NCBI GenBank assembly: GCA_040399745.1
Contig: JBBARP010000001.1
Span: 138,617-202,616 of the forward strand
DNA: 64,000 bases
Direction: 5' to 3'
From: Bdellovibrionia bacterium
Lineage (GTDB): Bacteria > Bdellovibrionota > UBA1018
The notes beneath the pieces were generated by a model. The model saw nothing but the letters and a program-made list of their open reading frames with translations, was not told where the DNA came from and did no database searches. How positions within the stretch are numbered: the stretch's first letter is position 1; every line of letters begins with the position of its first letter. The translations under genes were made by a program, and so were the position numbers. Positions 17,178 to 26,934 of the stretch are shown here, one piece after another.

Positions 17178-18974
17178 TCAATCCACCTTGAGGACGGCGA
17201 GGAAGGCTTCCTGAGGGATCTCGACCGATCCCACTGCCTTCATGCGCTTTTTGCCCTCTTTTTGCTTCTCGAGGAGCTTTCTCTTTCGGCTGATGTCGCC
17301 GCCGTAACACTTCGCGGTCACGTTTTTTCGGAGGGCCGAGATGCTCTCGCGGGCGACGATTTTCGATCCGATCGCGGCTTGAATGGCAATTTCGAACATC
17401 TGACGATCGATCAGCTCTTTCATTTTCTTCGCCAGCTCGCGGCCACGGTACGCAGCTTTGGAGCGGTGAATGATGACGGAGAGCGCGTCGACTGCTTCGC
17501 CGTTGATCAGAATGTCGAGTTTGATGAGATCGGCTTCCCGATACTCGGAAAGCTCATAATCCATCGAAGCGTAGCCCTTGGTGGTGGACTTCAAACGGTC
17601 AAAGAAGTCGAACACCATTTCGTTCAGCGGAAGGTCGTAGACCAAAGTGACGCGATCGGAAGTGATGTAATCCAGCTTCACTTGAATGCCGCGGCGATCG
17701 TTGAGCAGCGCCATGACAGGGCCCACATACTCGGATGGCATATGAACGCTGAGCTTTACGAAAGGCTCTTCCAGCTTGGCGATTTTCGTCTGGTCGGGAA
17801 GTTTTGAAGGATTGTCGATCCGTGTTTCCACGCCATCGGTGCTGGTCACGCGGTACACCACAGAAGGAGCCGTAGTGATCAGTTGCAGGTTGTATTCGCG
17901 CTCCAGGCGCTCCTGAACCACGTCCATGTGCAGAAGGCCCAAGAACCCGCAGCGGAAGCCGAAGCCCAGCGCGCTGGAGGTTTCTGGCTCCCAGGTAATG
18001 GCGGCATCGTTCAATTTCAGCTTTTCCAGGGCCTCTTTCAAGTCGTTGTATTGATCGCTTTCGATCGGATACACGCCGCAGAAAACCATGGGCTTGGCTT
18101 CTTTGAAGCCGCCGAGCGACTCCTTGGCCAAGTTGTTCGCGTCCATGATGGTGTCGCCCACCTTCATGTCGCGCACGTCTTTAATGCCGGTGACGATCGC
18201 GCCCACTTCACCCGAGGTCACGGAATCCACGTCTTTGAATTTGGGAGAGAAGGTGCCCACGCGCTGCACTTCGAAATCCTTGCCGACGTGGAACAACCGA
18301 ATCTTAGTGCCCTTTTTGATCGATCCTTCGAACACGCGGCAAAGTGCCACGACGCCTTGGTAAGGGTCGTACCAGCTATCGAAAATCAGCGCGCGAAGCG
18401 GTTCGTCGTCTGCATCTTTCGGAGCCGGGAAGTACTTCACTGCGGCTTCCAGAATTTCTTCAATGCCGATGCCTGCTTTGGCTGAGCACAAAACGGCGCG
18501 CGAGGTGTCGACCAGACCGATGATCTCGTCGACTTCCTTCAACACTCGCTGAGGATCGGCCGAAGGCAGGTCGATCTTGTTCACGGCTGGAAAGACTTCC
18601 AGGTTGTTGTCGAGCGCCATGAACACGTTGGCGAGCGTCTGAGCTTCCACGCCTTGCGAGGCATCGACCACGAGGATGGCGCCTTCGCAGGCGGCCAAGG
18701 AGCGCGAAACTTCGTAAGTGAAGTCGACGTGTCCGGGAGTGTCGATCAGGTTTAAGACGTAAGTCTGTCCGTCCTTGGCCTTGTAATTCAGGCGAACGCT
18801 TTGCGCCTTGATGGTGATGCCGCGCTCGCGCTCGATGTCCATGTTGTCCAGGAACTGAGCTTCCATCTCGCGCTTGGTGACCGTGCCGGTCTTCTCCAGC
18901 AGGCGGTCTGCCAGAGTGCTCTTGCCATGGTCGATATGGGCGATGATGCAGAAATTGCGGATATTCTTGGCCAT
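17178..18974 (-). CDS. lepA: Elongation factor 4
   Basis: [23 protein letters not shown]...[18 protein letters not shown]; start trimmed to ATG 18974. Confidence 0.98.
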   Translation of the reverse strand: MAKNIRNFCIIAHIDHGKSTLADRLLEKTGTVTKREMEAQFLDNMDIERERGITIKAQSVRLNYKAKDGQTYVLNLIDTPGHVDFTYEVSRSLAACEGAILVVDASQGVEAQTLANVFMALDNNLEVFPAVNKIDLPSADPQRVLKEVDEIIGLVDTSRAVLCSAKAGIGIEEILEAAVKYFPAPKDADDEPLRALIFDSWYDPYQGVVALCRVFEGSIKKGTKIRLFHVGKDFEVQRVGTFSPKFKDVDSVTSGEVGAIVTGIKDVRDMKVGDTIMDANNLAKESLGGFKEAKPMVFCGVYPIESDQYNDLKEALEKLKLNDAAITWEPETSSALGFGFRCGFLGLLHMDVVQERLEREYNLQLITTAPSVVYRVTSTDGVETRIDNPSKLPDQTKIAKLEEPFVKLSVHMPSEYVGPVMALLNDRRGIQVKLDYITSDRVTLVYDLPLNEMVFDFFDRLKSTTKGYASMDYELSEYREADLIKLDILINGEAVDALSVIIHRSKAAYRGRELAKKMKELIDRQMFEIAIQAAIGSKIVARESISALRKNVTAKCYGGDISRKRKLLEKQKEGKKRMKAVGSVEIPQEAFLAVLKVD

Positions 18975-19070
18975 GTTGTGATGCACAGCTACCAGACCGG
19001 GGGCGGTAGCGCCACCCTGGAAAGGGGCGCTCGCATTGACTTCCGAGGCCGGTTTTTCTAATGCCGTCGG

Positions 19071-20228
19071 ATGCCCAAACCCCCCGCAGTGAGCCTGAGT
19101 CCGAGCGAGACGGTCACCGTCACGGTGACCGACCTTTCGCGTGGAGGTCCAGGGGTGGCCCGTGACGACCAGGGGCGTGTGATTTTCCTGCCGCTGACGG
19201 CCCCGGGTGACCGGGTCGTGGCTCGAATCGTGGCCCAAGAAAAGCGCTATGCTGAAGGCGAGGTCGTGGAGTGGCTCGAAAAAAGTGCCCTTCGGGTTGA
19301 GCCGGCTTGTGAGGCTTTTGGCCGCTGCGGAGGCTGTCAGTGGCAGCACTTGCCCTACGACTATCAATGGAAAACCAAAGTCGCAGGCGTTCGCCATGCT
19401 TTGGAAAGAAGCTCTGTTGCGGTTCCTGCGGCCTTCGAGGAACTCCCGGCTGAGCAGGTCTTGGGTTACCGAAATCGCATTCAGCTTCGCTCAGAAGGCC
19501 AGACGCTGGGTTTTTTCGCGCGCCGTTCTCACGAAACGATCGATTTGAAGGGCTGTCCGGTAGCGCGGGCTGAGTTGAACGCCGTCTGGGAAGAGACGCG
19601 GGCAATGGCGGTCGAGAAGAACGGAACGTCTCGCGACGGCCGGACGAAGGTCGAACTCGAGGTACTGCCTGAGGGTTCGATCCGGAGGATCTTCAACGCT
19701 CCTCATGCGGCGGGCGGGTTTCGCCAGGTTCATGACGCTCAGAATGAGAAGCTGAAAGCTTGGGTGGCGAGTGCCGTTCCGAACGGCGCCTGGCTTTTTG
19801 ACCTGTACGGTGGAAGCGGGAACCTGTCGCTCGGGCTCGCCTCTCGTCAGGCCGGAGTGGACTGCGTCGACGTGGGAGGGCCCATTCCGGATGCGCCTGG
19901 GAACTTTCGGTTCCATCGGAAGCCCGTGCGGGCTTGGCTTCAATCCGAGAGAAAGCGCCTGAAAGGGGCAGCTCCAAGTCAGGCGCGGGAGAGCTGCATG
20001 GTCCTAGATCCCCCTCGCGAAGGCCTGGAGCGGGATTTCGTCGGGATTGTCGAAGCGGCAGAAGCTTGGCGCGTGGGGACTGTGGTTTTAGTCGGATGCG
20101 ATGTTGATTCTTGGGTGCGGGATTTGGCTCGTTTGGGACGTCACGGGTGGAAGGTTTCCCGGGTCGGCGTTTTGGATCTGTTCCCTCAAACAGCACATGT
20201 TGAAAGCCTAGCAGTTTTGAAGCGTTGA
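19071..20228 (+). CDS. RNA m5U methyltransferase, RlmD/TrmA family with TRAM domain
   Basis: TRAM N-terminus, C-x5-CGGC [4Fe-4S] motif, [23 protein letters not shown]. Confidence 0.85.
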   Translation: MPKPPAVSLSPSETVTVTVTDLSRGGPGVARDDQGRVIFLPLTAPGDRVVARIVAQEKRYAEGEVVEWLEKSALRVEPACEAFGRCGGCQWQHLPYDYQWKTKVAGVRHALERSSVAVPAAFEELPAEQVLGYRNRIQLRSEGQTLGFFARRSHETIDLKGCPVARAELNAVWEETRAMAVEKNGTSRDGRTKVELEVLPEGSIRRIFNAPHAAGGFRQVHDAQNEKLKAWVASAVPNGAWLFDLYGGSGNLSLGLASRQAGVDCVDVGGPIPDAPGNFRFHRKPVRAWLQSERKRLKGAAPSQARESCMVLDPPREGLERDFVGIVEAAEAWRVGTVVLVGCDVDSWVRDLARLGRHGWKVSRVGVLDLFPQTAHVESLAVLKR

Positions 20229-20281
20229 CACGCTTCGCGCCCCCCCTTACCGTGGGATAAGGCAGGTAAGATCGTTTGCCC

Positions 20282-21070
20282 ATGAACCGGAAAATCGCCC
20301 CCTTAGTCGCGTTCTTGTTTTTGATTGGAGCTAGCTCGTTCGGTGGCTGCGCAAGCAGAGGGCCGGCGGTGCGCGAGCTGAGTCGTGAAGAGCATGCGGA
20401 TCTTTTGATTCGCGCGGCCTCGGCTGCCATTGAAGATCAGGATCTGGTCGGTGCACTTCGGACTTTGGACCAAGCCGAGAAACTTCAGCCGAACAGTCCG
20501 GCTCTCTACAATGTCAGAGCGGCTGTTTTTTACGCCCGAAAAGAGCTTCCGAGGGCGCTTGAGCAGGCGCGCCTGAGTATTCAAAAAGATTCTAAGTACA
20601 ATCCGGGGCTGACCACGCTCGGAAAAATCCTTCTCGATCTGGGACGCTTCAAGGAAGCCATTCCGCCGCTACGTGTTGCAGCGGAAGATCCGATGAATCC
20701 GGAATCTTTCAAAGCGTTCACCCATCTCGGTGTGATCGCGTACCGCGAAAAACGCTGGAAAGATGCGCAGCACGAATTGGATCGCGCTGTGGATCTTTCG
20801 GGTGGTCGCTACTGCATGGCCAGCTACTACCGCGGACATTTGCGCCTGCGCGAAGGTCGTTTCAAAGAGGCGATCCGGGATTACTCTTCCGCGACTCGGC
20901 GAATGTGCGGCCGCTTTGCTGAAGCTCACCTAGCTCTTGCGACCGCTTACGAGCGCAGCGGGCAAAACGAAATGGCTCGAAAGAAGTACCTCGAGATTCA
21001 ACAGATCTTTCAGACCAGCGATTCTGAAGTGGCCGATCGGGCTATGGAACGCTTGAGGGCGATTCCGTGA
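20282..21070 (+). CDS. TPR lipoprotein, Tgl/PilF/PilW-like type IV pilus pilotin
   Basis: Lipobox-like FGGC, multiple TPR repeats, paired Cys, position upstream of rodZ. Confidence 0.7.
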   Translation: MNRKIAPLVAFLFLIGASSFGGCASRGPAVRELSREEHADLLIRAASAAIEDQDLVGALRTLDQAEKLQPNSPALYNVRAAVFYARKELPRALEQARLSIQKDSKYNPGLTTLGKILLDLGRFKEAIPPLRVAAEDPMNPESFKAFTHLGVIAYREKRWKDAQHELDRAVDLSGGRYCMASYYRGHLRLREGRFKEAIRDYSSATRRMCGRFAEAHLALATAYERSGQNEMARKKYLEIQQIFQTSDSEVADRAMERLRAIP

Positions 21071-22281
21071 ACGAAAACGGCCAAACGCTAGGCGAATTTT
21101 TGCGGCACGAGCGCGAGAAGCGCTCGATCACCTTGGAGCAGGTGGCCTCTGCCAGCAAAATCAGCGTTCGGTTGCTGCACGCGCTTGAGGCCGATCACTA
21201 CGCCGAAATGCCTGCCAAACCCTTCATTCGTGGGTTTGTGAATTCGTACTGCCGTTTCATTGGGCTCGACTCCAAAGAGGTTCTGACTCGTTTTGAATCC
21301 TTCATCGATCGAAAGTCGGCAGAGCGCCCGTCGCGCGAAGCCGGCCTGAGTGGCTACGCTTTCGAAAAGCGTGAAGGCAACGAGCAGAATCGGACGCTCC
21401 TTTGGGTGGTCATGGGAGTGTTCGGCGTATTAGGTGCCGTTCTTTTCTTGGTGCTGAAGCCCACGTTGAAGCATCGCCGGTCAGCGAAGATGGAAGAATT
21501 GCGGGCCGTGCACGCCAAGGCTTCGCCGAGCGTGCCTGAGTCGCCGATTCCGTTGGCTTCCGTCTCGGCGCTGCCCAGTCCTCAGGTTTCGGGAACCCCG
21601 GCGCCGGTCGCGACTGCAAAAATCCTGCTCCCCACGGTGGTTCCGCCGGGGATGCTCGGGCCGGTTCTTCAAATTCCGGTGCTTCCAAAAGTGGTTGCTG
21701 TGCCTTCTTCGAAGCCCACGCCGCAAGCGTCGCCCTCGGCTAAGCCCTCTCCGAAGCCTTCGCCTTCTGTTAAGCCCACTCCAAAACCAACGCCCCTGCC
21801 TTCGGCGAAGCCCTCTTCGAAGCCGACTCCTTCGGCCCAGCCGGCACTTCCTGCGCCGCCTCCGCCTGTGGCACCGGCTGCAGATGCGGCTGATCCTTTG
21901 AATTCGGGCGTGAACTTGAAGTCAGCTCAGACCAAGTACAAGGCCATCTTCCGCGCGGTCGACGATGTCTGGGTTCGGTACCAAGTGGATGGCAAAGGAA
22001 TGATGAAGTTCCCTCTGCGGAAGGGCCGTATTTTGGTCCTCCGGGCGGAACGGGAAATCCGGTTCCAAACGGGTCAATCGGATCAGGTCACGATTAATCT
22101 GAACGGGGCGGGTGAGAAACCGGTCGGTCAGGCGCGCGGTCTGGTGAAACGTCAAGGAAACGCCACTTTGATCTTTCCGGCCGAAAGTGCTGAAAAGATT
22201 GGGGATCCGTTCCCTGGAGAGCGTGCTTTGCCGGCTTTTCCGCCCTCAAATAAGTCGGCGACCCCATCCGTATCCGAATAA
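21067..22281 (+). CDS. rodZ: RodZ-like protein (HTH, TM, Pro-rich linker, C-terminal DUF4115-like domain)
   Basis: GEFLRHEREKRSITLEQVA...ALE...FIRGFVNSY, single TM, C-terminal beta domain. Confidence 0.8.
   Translation: MNENGQTLGEFLRHEREKRSITLEQVASASKISVRLLHALEADHYAEMPAKPFIRGFVNSYCRFIGLDSKEVLTRFESFIDRKSAERPSREAGLSGYAFEKREGNEQNRTLLWVVMGVFGVLGAVLFLVLKPTLKHRRSAKMEELRAVHAKASPSVPESPIPLASVSALPSPQVSGTPAPVATAKILLPTVVPPGMLGPVLQIPVLPKVVAVPSSKPTPQASPSAKPSPKPSPSVKPTPKPTPLPSAKPSSKPTPSAQPALPAPPPPVAPAADAADPLNSGVNLKSAQTKYKAIFRAVDDVWVRYQVDGKGMMKFPLRKGRILVLRAEREIRFQTGQSDQVTINLNGAGEKPVGQARGLVKRQGNATLIFPAESAEKIGDPFPGERALPAFPPSNKSATPSVSE
21702..21843 (+). repeat. Imperfect coding repeat (PS/PT-K-P units) in the RodZ linker
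   Basis: PSSKPTPQASPSAKPSPKPSPSVKPTPKPTPLPSAKPSSKPTPSAQP. Confidence 0.7.
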
Positions 22282-22300
22282 CTCCACCCGAAACCGGGAG

Positions 22301-22408
22301 TTATCCACACGTAATTCAAAGTTATCCACACCCGGTAACTATTTGAAATTAAAGCTTATAGCGGCTTAGAAATGCTAGTTTTCCTATTTAAAGGGAAAGT
22401 TATCCCCA
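22301..22408 (+). promoter_or_regulatory. DnaA-box cluster with IHF-like site
   Basis: TTATCCACA at 22301 and 22322, TTATCCCCA at 22400; minus-strand TTTCAAATAGTTA at 22336-22348 has one mismatch to WATCAANNNNTTR; AT-rich. Confidence 0.75.
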
Positions 22409-22493
22409 AAAAGCCTGGAAAACTGCGGAAATTTGACGCTCCAGGGGTCGTCAAAATCAGAACGGGCCGACTGGGAGCGGAAACCCGGACAAT

Positions 22494-23894
22494 TCAGTAA
22501 GCGTTCTTGTTGATAAAGCCCTTCCAGAGCGTCAAAAAAAGGATTTTCCAATCCCAGACGTAGGACCAGTGGCGAATGTAATAGAGATCGCACTGGATTC
22601 GGCTCTCCAGCGAAGTGTTCCCGCGCCAGCCGTTGACCTGGGCCCAGCCTGTGATGCCGGCCTTCACTTTATGCCTCAGCATGTAGTGAGGGATCTCGCT
22701 TTTGAACTGATGAACAAAGACGGGGCGTTCGGGGCGGGGACCTACTAAGGACATATCGCCCACCAGAACGTTCCAGAACTGAGGCAGTTCATCCAGGCTC
22801 GTGCTTCTGAGAAATGCCCCGATCGGGGTGCGGCGATCATCTCCGGGCTTTGCCCAGACGGCTCCGGTCGAAGTCTCTGCGTCGAATTTCATGGAGCGAA
22901 ATTTCAGCATCCCAAACGTTCGCCCGTCTAATCCCATCCGTTCCTGCCGGTACAGAACCGGCCCGCGTGAGGTCAGTTTCACGGCTAGGGCGATGAGTCC
23001 CAGAATGGGCGACAGTAGCAGCAGAGCGATCAGCGAAAGCATGAAGTCGGTCGCCCGTTTGGCCACCGAGCCCCATCCGCCGAGCGGGCTTTCGTTCAAG
23101 CTCACGACCGGAACTCCGTCGAAATCATCGACGTGGCAACCCAGCGTAATGAAGTCGTAGACGTCCGGCACCACTTGAACGGCGACCATCTCGTCTTTGA
23201 TTCGGGCCAGGATCGAGTCGGTCTCCGGCGCGGCAGAGCGTGGCAGGGTCAGGATGACTCGGGTGGCGCGCTCTTCTTTCAGAACCTCAATGAGGTGGTC
23301 CCAGTCTCCTAAAACGGGCAGAGAGGTCCGAGGGGGAACCGCCTGGCCGGGGGCCAGAACGAGACCTGCGGGTTCGACGCCGAGTTCGGGGAATTTTCGG
23401 AAACGACTGGCTAAGGTTTCGGTGGCGGGACTGATTCCGACGAAGACGGCGCGGCTTCTGGCCACGCCTTTCGAGCGAAGAGAGCGGATCAAGTTTCTGA
23501 GGGTCAGCCGGCTGCTCACCAAAGCGACTGCGCCTAAGCAAGCGAAAGTCAGGAGCACGCCTCGGGAGAAGCGGTACTCGCTGATGAAAGTCGAAAGTGC
23601 CACGAAAACGGCCAGGGCCGTGAGGTGACCTTGAACCAGGAGGCGAACCTCGTGGGTCCTTCGCAGAAGTCCGCGCGGCGAATAGACGCTCAGAGCAGTG
23701 AGCACGCCGATCCAGAGGATGACAATCAAAGGAGTCAGGGCTGCGTACTCTTCAAAAGAGGGCTGCCCTTTCGTGACGGCGATGGGGCGAAGTTGAAACC
23801 GAACCCAGTAAGAGAGGAGCCAGGTGCCCGCGAGGAGTGAAGCGTCCAGGATCCGGAACAGGCCGCCGACAGTCTGGTGATATTTCTTCAACAT
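22494..23894 (-). CDS. wcaJ: Undecaprenyl-phosphate glucose phosphotransferase (WcaJ family)
   Basis: N-terminal TMs, KFRSM, SLDELPQFWNVL-GDMSLVGPRPERP, GITGWAQVNG. Confidence 0.9.
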   Translation of the reverse strand: MLKKYHQTVGGLFRILDASLLAGTWLLSYWVRFQLRPIAVTKGQPSFEEYAALTPLIVILWIGVLTALSVYSPRGLLRRTHEVRLLVQGHLTALAVFVALSTFISEYRFSRGVLLTFACLGAVALVSSRLTLRNLIRSLRSKGVARSRAVFVGISPATETLASRFRKFPELGVEPAGLVLAPGQAVPPRTSLPVLGDWDHLIEVLKEERATRVILTLPRSAAPETDSILARIKDEMVAVQVVPDVYDFITLGCHVDDFDGVPVVSLNESPLGGWGSVAKRATDFMLSLIALLLLSPILGLIALAVKLTSRGPVLYRQERMGLDGRTFGMLKFRSMKFDAETSTGAVWAKPGDDRRTPIGAFLRSTSLDELPQFWNVLVGDMSLVGPRPERPVFVHQFKSEIPHYMLRHKVKAGITGWAQVNGWRGNTSLESRIQCDLYYIRHWSYVWDWKILFLTLWKGFINKNAY

Positions 23895-23925
23895 GGCTTG
23901 GACCCCGTGTTACCAGACAAAAAGC

Positions 23926-25413
23926 ATGTGGAAAATCCCGTCTTTGCGGTCCCAACCGAAGCTGGTCGCTGTTGAAGCCGATTTAGTCCTGGTCGCTCAG
24001 GACGCCGCCCGATCCAAGTCGGGCGAAGGAGGACTGTACGGGGCGCTTCAGGCTCAGCTGGTGCGCCAGAAGGTGGCGAGCGGGAAGCTTGGCCAAACGG
24101 CCTTCGTTCGAAACGGCGGAAAGCGACTGGCTGAAAGCGTCCTTTTCGTGGGTATCGGGCCCGCTCCATCGCCGGATGCCGAGAAGTACCGGCGCGCGGG
24201 TGCTCAGGCCTATTCTAAGCTTTCAACCGAGAAAGTTTCGTCGGCCCGGATCCAGCTTGAGGAATTTCAAGGAGCCGACCCGGTCGTTGCTGCGGGCGCC
24301 TTTGCAGAAGGGTTTCTGCTTGCGTCTTACCGCTTCGATCACCACAAATCATCGGCCGCAGAGAGCCAAGCTTTTAGCCTGACTTTTGTCGTTTCGCCAC
24401 GCGCGGGCTTGACTCAGTCCCTGTCCGCCGAACTGAAGCGAGTGAAGATCGTTGCCGAGTGCGTGGGGCTTTCTCGGGATCTGTCGAACGAACCCTCGAA
24501 CGTCGGAACGCCCGAATTCATGGCTTCGGAAATTCAGAAGCTGGCCAAAAAACATGGGCTCAAGTGCCGAGTGCTGAACGAGCGGCAGGCCGCTAGTGAG
24601 AAAATGGCTCTCTTCCTTGGGGTGGGTGCGGGCTCCGAGCGAGAAGGCAAAGTAGTCGTTTTGGAGTACTCGCCGAAGAAGCCTCGCAAAACGGTTGCTC
24701 TGGTCGGAAAGGGAATCACCTTCGACTCGGGCGGTATCTCGATCAAACCCGCTGCCAACATGGAAGCCATGAAGCACGACATGGGTGGCGCTGCTGCTGT
24801 GGTTGCGGCGACGTTTCTCGCTGCTCGGCAAAAGAGCCCCAATCGCGTTGTCTGCGTGGTTGGATTCACCGAGAACATGCCTGATGGCGCGGCTCTTCAG
24901 CCTGGAAACATCATCCGTGCAAGAAGCGGCAAGACCGTCGAAATCATCAATACGGATGCCGAAGGGCGCCTGATCCTGGCGGATCTTTTGGATCTTGCGC
25001 AAGACTACACGCCGGATGTCTGTGTGGACGCCGCGACTTTAACCTTCGCCATCAGCATCGCACTTGGACAGCATTACGCAGGCCTGTTCACGCCCGACCA
25101 GAAGCTCCAGGAGCGGCTCGAACGAGCTGCTCAAGCCGAGGGCGAGAGGCTCTGGCCCATGCCTCTGCCCGAGGAGTCGCTGGATGACATCAAATCCGAT
25201 CACGCGGATTTGAAGAATAGCGTGAATGACAGTTTCGCAGGCTCCATTCGTGCTGCCGTTTTCTTGCAGCAGTTTGTCCGTAAAGGCCAAGCCTGGGCAC
25301 ATATTGATATGTCGAACGTGGCAAAAAACATGGGCTATCTACCCTATGTGCCCAAGCGCGGCGGAACGGGTCTTTTGGTCCGCACGCTGGCTCGATTTGC
25401 TTCCGAGTACTGA
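23926..25413 (+). CDS. pepA: Leucyl aminopeptidase (M17)
   Basis: VGKGITFDSGG, MKHDMGG, NTDAEGRL, WAHID. Confidence 0.93.
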   Translation: MWKIPSLRSQPKLVAVEADLVLVAQDAARSKSGEGGLYGALQAQLVRQKVASGKLGQTAFVRNGGKRLAESVLFVGIGPAPSPDAEKYRRAGAQAYSKLSTEKVSSARIQLEEFQGADPVVAAGAFAEGFLLASYRFDHHKSSAAESQAFSLTFVVSPRAGLTQSLSAELKRVKIVAECVGLSRDLSNEPSNVGTPEFMASEIQKLAKKHGLKCRVLNERQAASEKMALFLGVGAGSEREGKVVVLEYSPKKPRKTVALVGKGITFDSGGISIKPAANMEAMKHDMGGAAAVVAATFLAARQKSPNRVVCVVGFTENMPDGAALQPGNIIRARSGKTVEIINTDAEGRLILADLLDLAQDYTPDVCVDAATLTFAISIALGQHYAGLFTPDQKLQERLERAAQAEGERLWPMPLPEESLDDIKSDHADLKNSVNDSFAGSIRAAVFLQQFVRKGQAWAHIDMSNVAKNMGYLPYVPKRGGTGLLVRTLARFASEY

Positions 25414-25423
25414 GGTCCATGTG

Positions 25424-26074
25424 ATGCAGCCCGTGCAGAAGCCTTGGGTCCGTGCGAAGTCCTTCCTTTTAGCGGTGGGCTTGGGTTGCCTCACTCTTAC
25501 GGTGTTTCCGAGTTCCGCCCGGGCATGGTCCTATGATCTTGGACTCGGTTATCTCGGGCAAAATCTTGGATTCACTTCGGCCCAAGCCTCGGGTGACGCA
25601 GGAACCTTTGGGGCCTCGTCCCTGACTCTGAACTGGAACGCGCGAGGAGAGATCGGCGGATCCGGCTGGTTTTTGAATCCTTGGCTAGCATTCACGCCGC
25701 TTCATCGAAGTGATTCAGATGACTCGATCGAGCAACGCGATTGGTTTTTCGCCTTCGATCTGGGGTTGCCCCTGGGTGAAAGTAATTGGGACGTGCGGGC
25801 CGGGACTGGATTGAAGCTTCAGTCTTTGTCGGGCAACGGGGGCTTGGTTGAATTGGATAATGGAAACTCCACTTCGACCTTTGCCCGCCCTTCTTACAGT
25901 GCCACGACTCTGACCTTGGGCCTGAACGCAGGGGTCGGGGGCGCGTTGCCTGGACTTCTGGACGGGCGCTTACGCTTGGATCTGGATACTTGGGTCACCG
26001 GCGCGTTTTCATCCGATCGTAGGGCCTGGGACCTTCTTGCTGCTTTGAGTTGGAATCTCGGGGGGAGCCGATGA
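25424..26074 (+). CDS. Hypothetical outer-membrane beta-barrel-like protein
   Basis: Signal peptide ending ARA; alternating aromatic/Gly beta-strand pattern; ends LAALSWNL-GGSR. Confidence 0.6.
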   Translation: MQPVQKPWVRAKSFLLAVGLGCLTLTVFPSSARAWSYDLGLGYLGQNLGFTSAQASGDAGTFGASSLTLNWNARGEIGGSGWFLNPWLAFTPLHRSDSDDSIEQRDWFFAFDLGLPLGESNWDVRAGTGLKLQSLSGNGGLVELDNGNSTSTFARPSYSATTLTLGLNAGVGGALPGLLDGRLRLDLDTWVTGAFSSDRRAWDLLAALSWNLGGSR

Positions 26075-26934
26075 ACGGCTTAAGAACGTGTTTGGGAAAA
26101 CAAAGCTGGGCGAGCGTCTTCGGACTCTGGATGGGGGCAGGGCTTTTTCTTTCCCCGTTAGCGCATGCTTTCACCCTCAGTTATTCCTCGGCGCTTCAGG
26201 GCTGGCAGGGCAATACGCTTTCCTTTGCGGTGAACAGTTCTCAGTGCGGAATCACTCAGGCGGAGCTTTACTCGGCCATCGATGACGCCATCGCACTTTG
26301 GAACCGAGTCCCCAACAGCCGCATTCGTCTGAGCCGTGGGGCCGAAGTGACAACGACCGTGGCTCAGGCTCTTGCGGGAAATGCGGCATCGGGTCTGCCA
26401 ACGCCGCTCATTCTCTGTGATCCCAACATGCAGGCCACTTTCCAGGCAGGGGTGAGTCCGAACCTGGATCCCGAGCCGAGCTTTACTTCGAACAACATCC
26501 CGGGCGTCACTCTGCCCCTGCCAACCGAGCTCACGATGGACTACGCCGTCCTCGTGCTGAACTCGGAAAGCGGAAAGTCAGCCCGGATTTCCAACCTCAA
26601 CAGCACGGTCCTTCGCGTGGTGATTGCCCACGAAATTGGCCATGTTCTGGGGCTTGGCCATACGAAAGACATCGCCAATCTGATGTATTTTGATGCTTCG
26701 GAAAGGGCAAAACTGTCTCTTTCTCAAGATGATATGGATGGAATCGCTTATCTTTATCCAAGAACGGAACTTGCCGGGAATGGCCTCTACGGCTGTGGTA
26801 CGGTTCAACGTTCCGGAGGGACGGATGGGCGCGGGCCAGGGGCCCGGGCTATCGCAGAGGTTTTGATCTGGATCGGGGTGGCTTGGTTGGGTGCCCGAAC
26901 CGTCCGGAAGTTCAGCAAGTGGAGAATCGCATGA
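26071..26934 (+). CDS. Matrixin-family (metzincin) metalloprotease with C-terminal membrane anchor
   Basis: Signal peptide (AHA), HEIGHVLGLGH, Met-turn NLMY, C-terminal GCGTV...TM. Confidence 0.85.
   Translation: MNGLRTCLGKQSWASVFGLWMGAGLFLSPLAHAFTLSYSSALQGWQGNTLSFAVNSSQCGITQAELYSAIDDAIALWNRVPNSRIRLSRGAEVTTTVAQALAGNAASGLPTPLILCDPNMQATFQAGVSPNLDPEPSFTSNNIPGVTLPLPTELTMDYAVLVLNSESGKSARISNLNSTVLRVVIAHEIGHVLGLGHTKDIANLMYFDASERAKLSLSQDDMDGIAYLYPRTELAGNGLYGCGTVQRSGGTDGRGPGARAIAEVLIWIGVAWLGARTVRKFSKWRIA

Noticed and set aside
18975..19397. Apparent 141-aa N-terminal extension of LepA
   Set aside because: Overlaps the divergent methyltransferase gene; the canonical LepA start MAKNIRNF is at 18974.
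22282..22493. Calling this region oriC outright
   Set aside because: Only three boxes, no clear DnaA-trio array or extended unwinding element, no dnaA/dnaN/gidA nearby, and skew cannot be computed here. Kept as a finding only.
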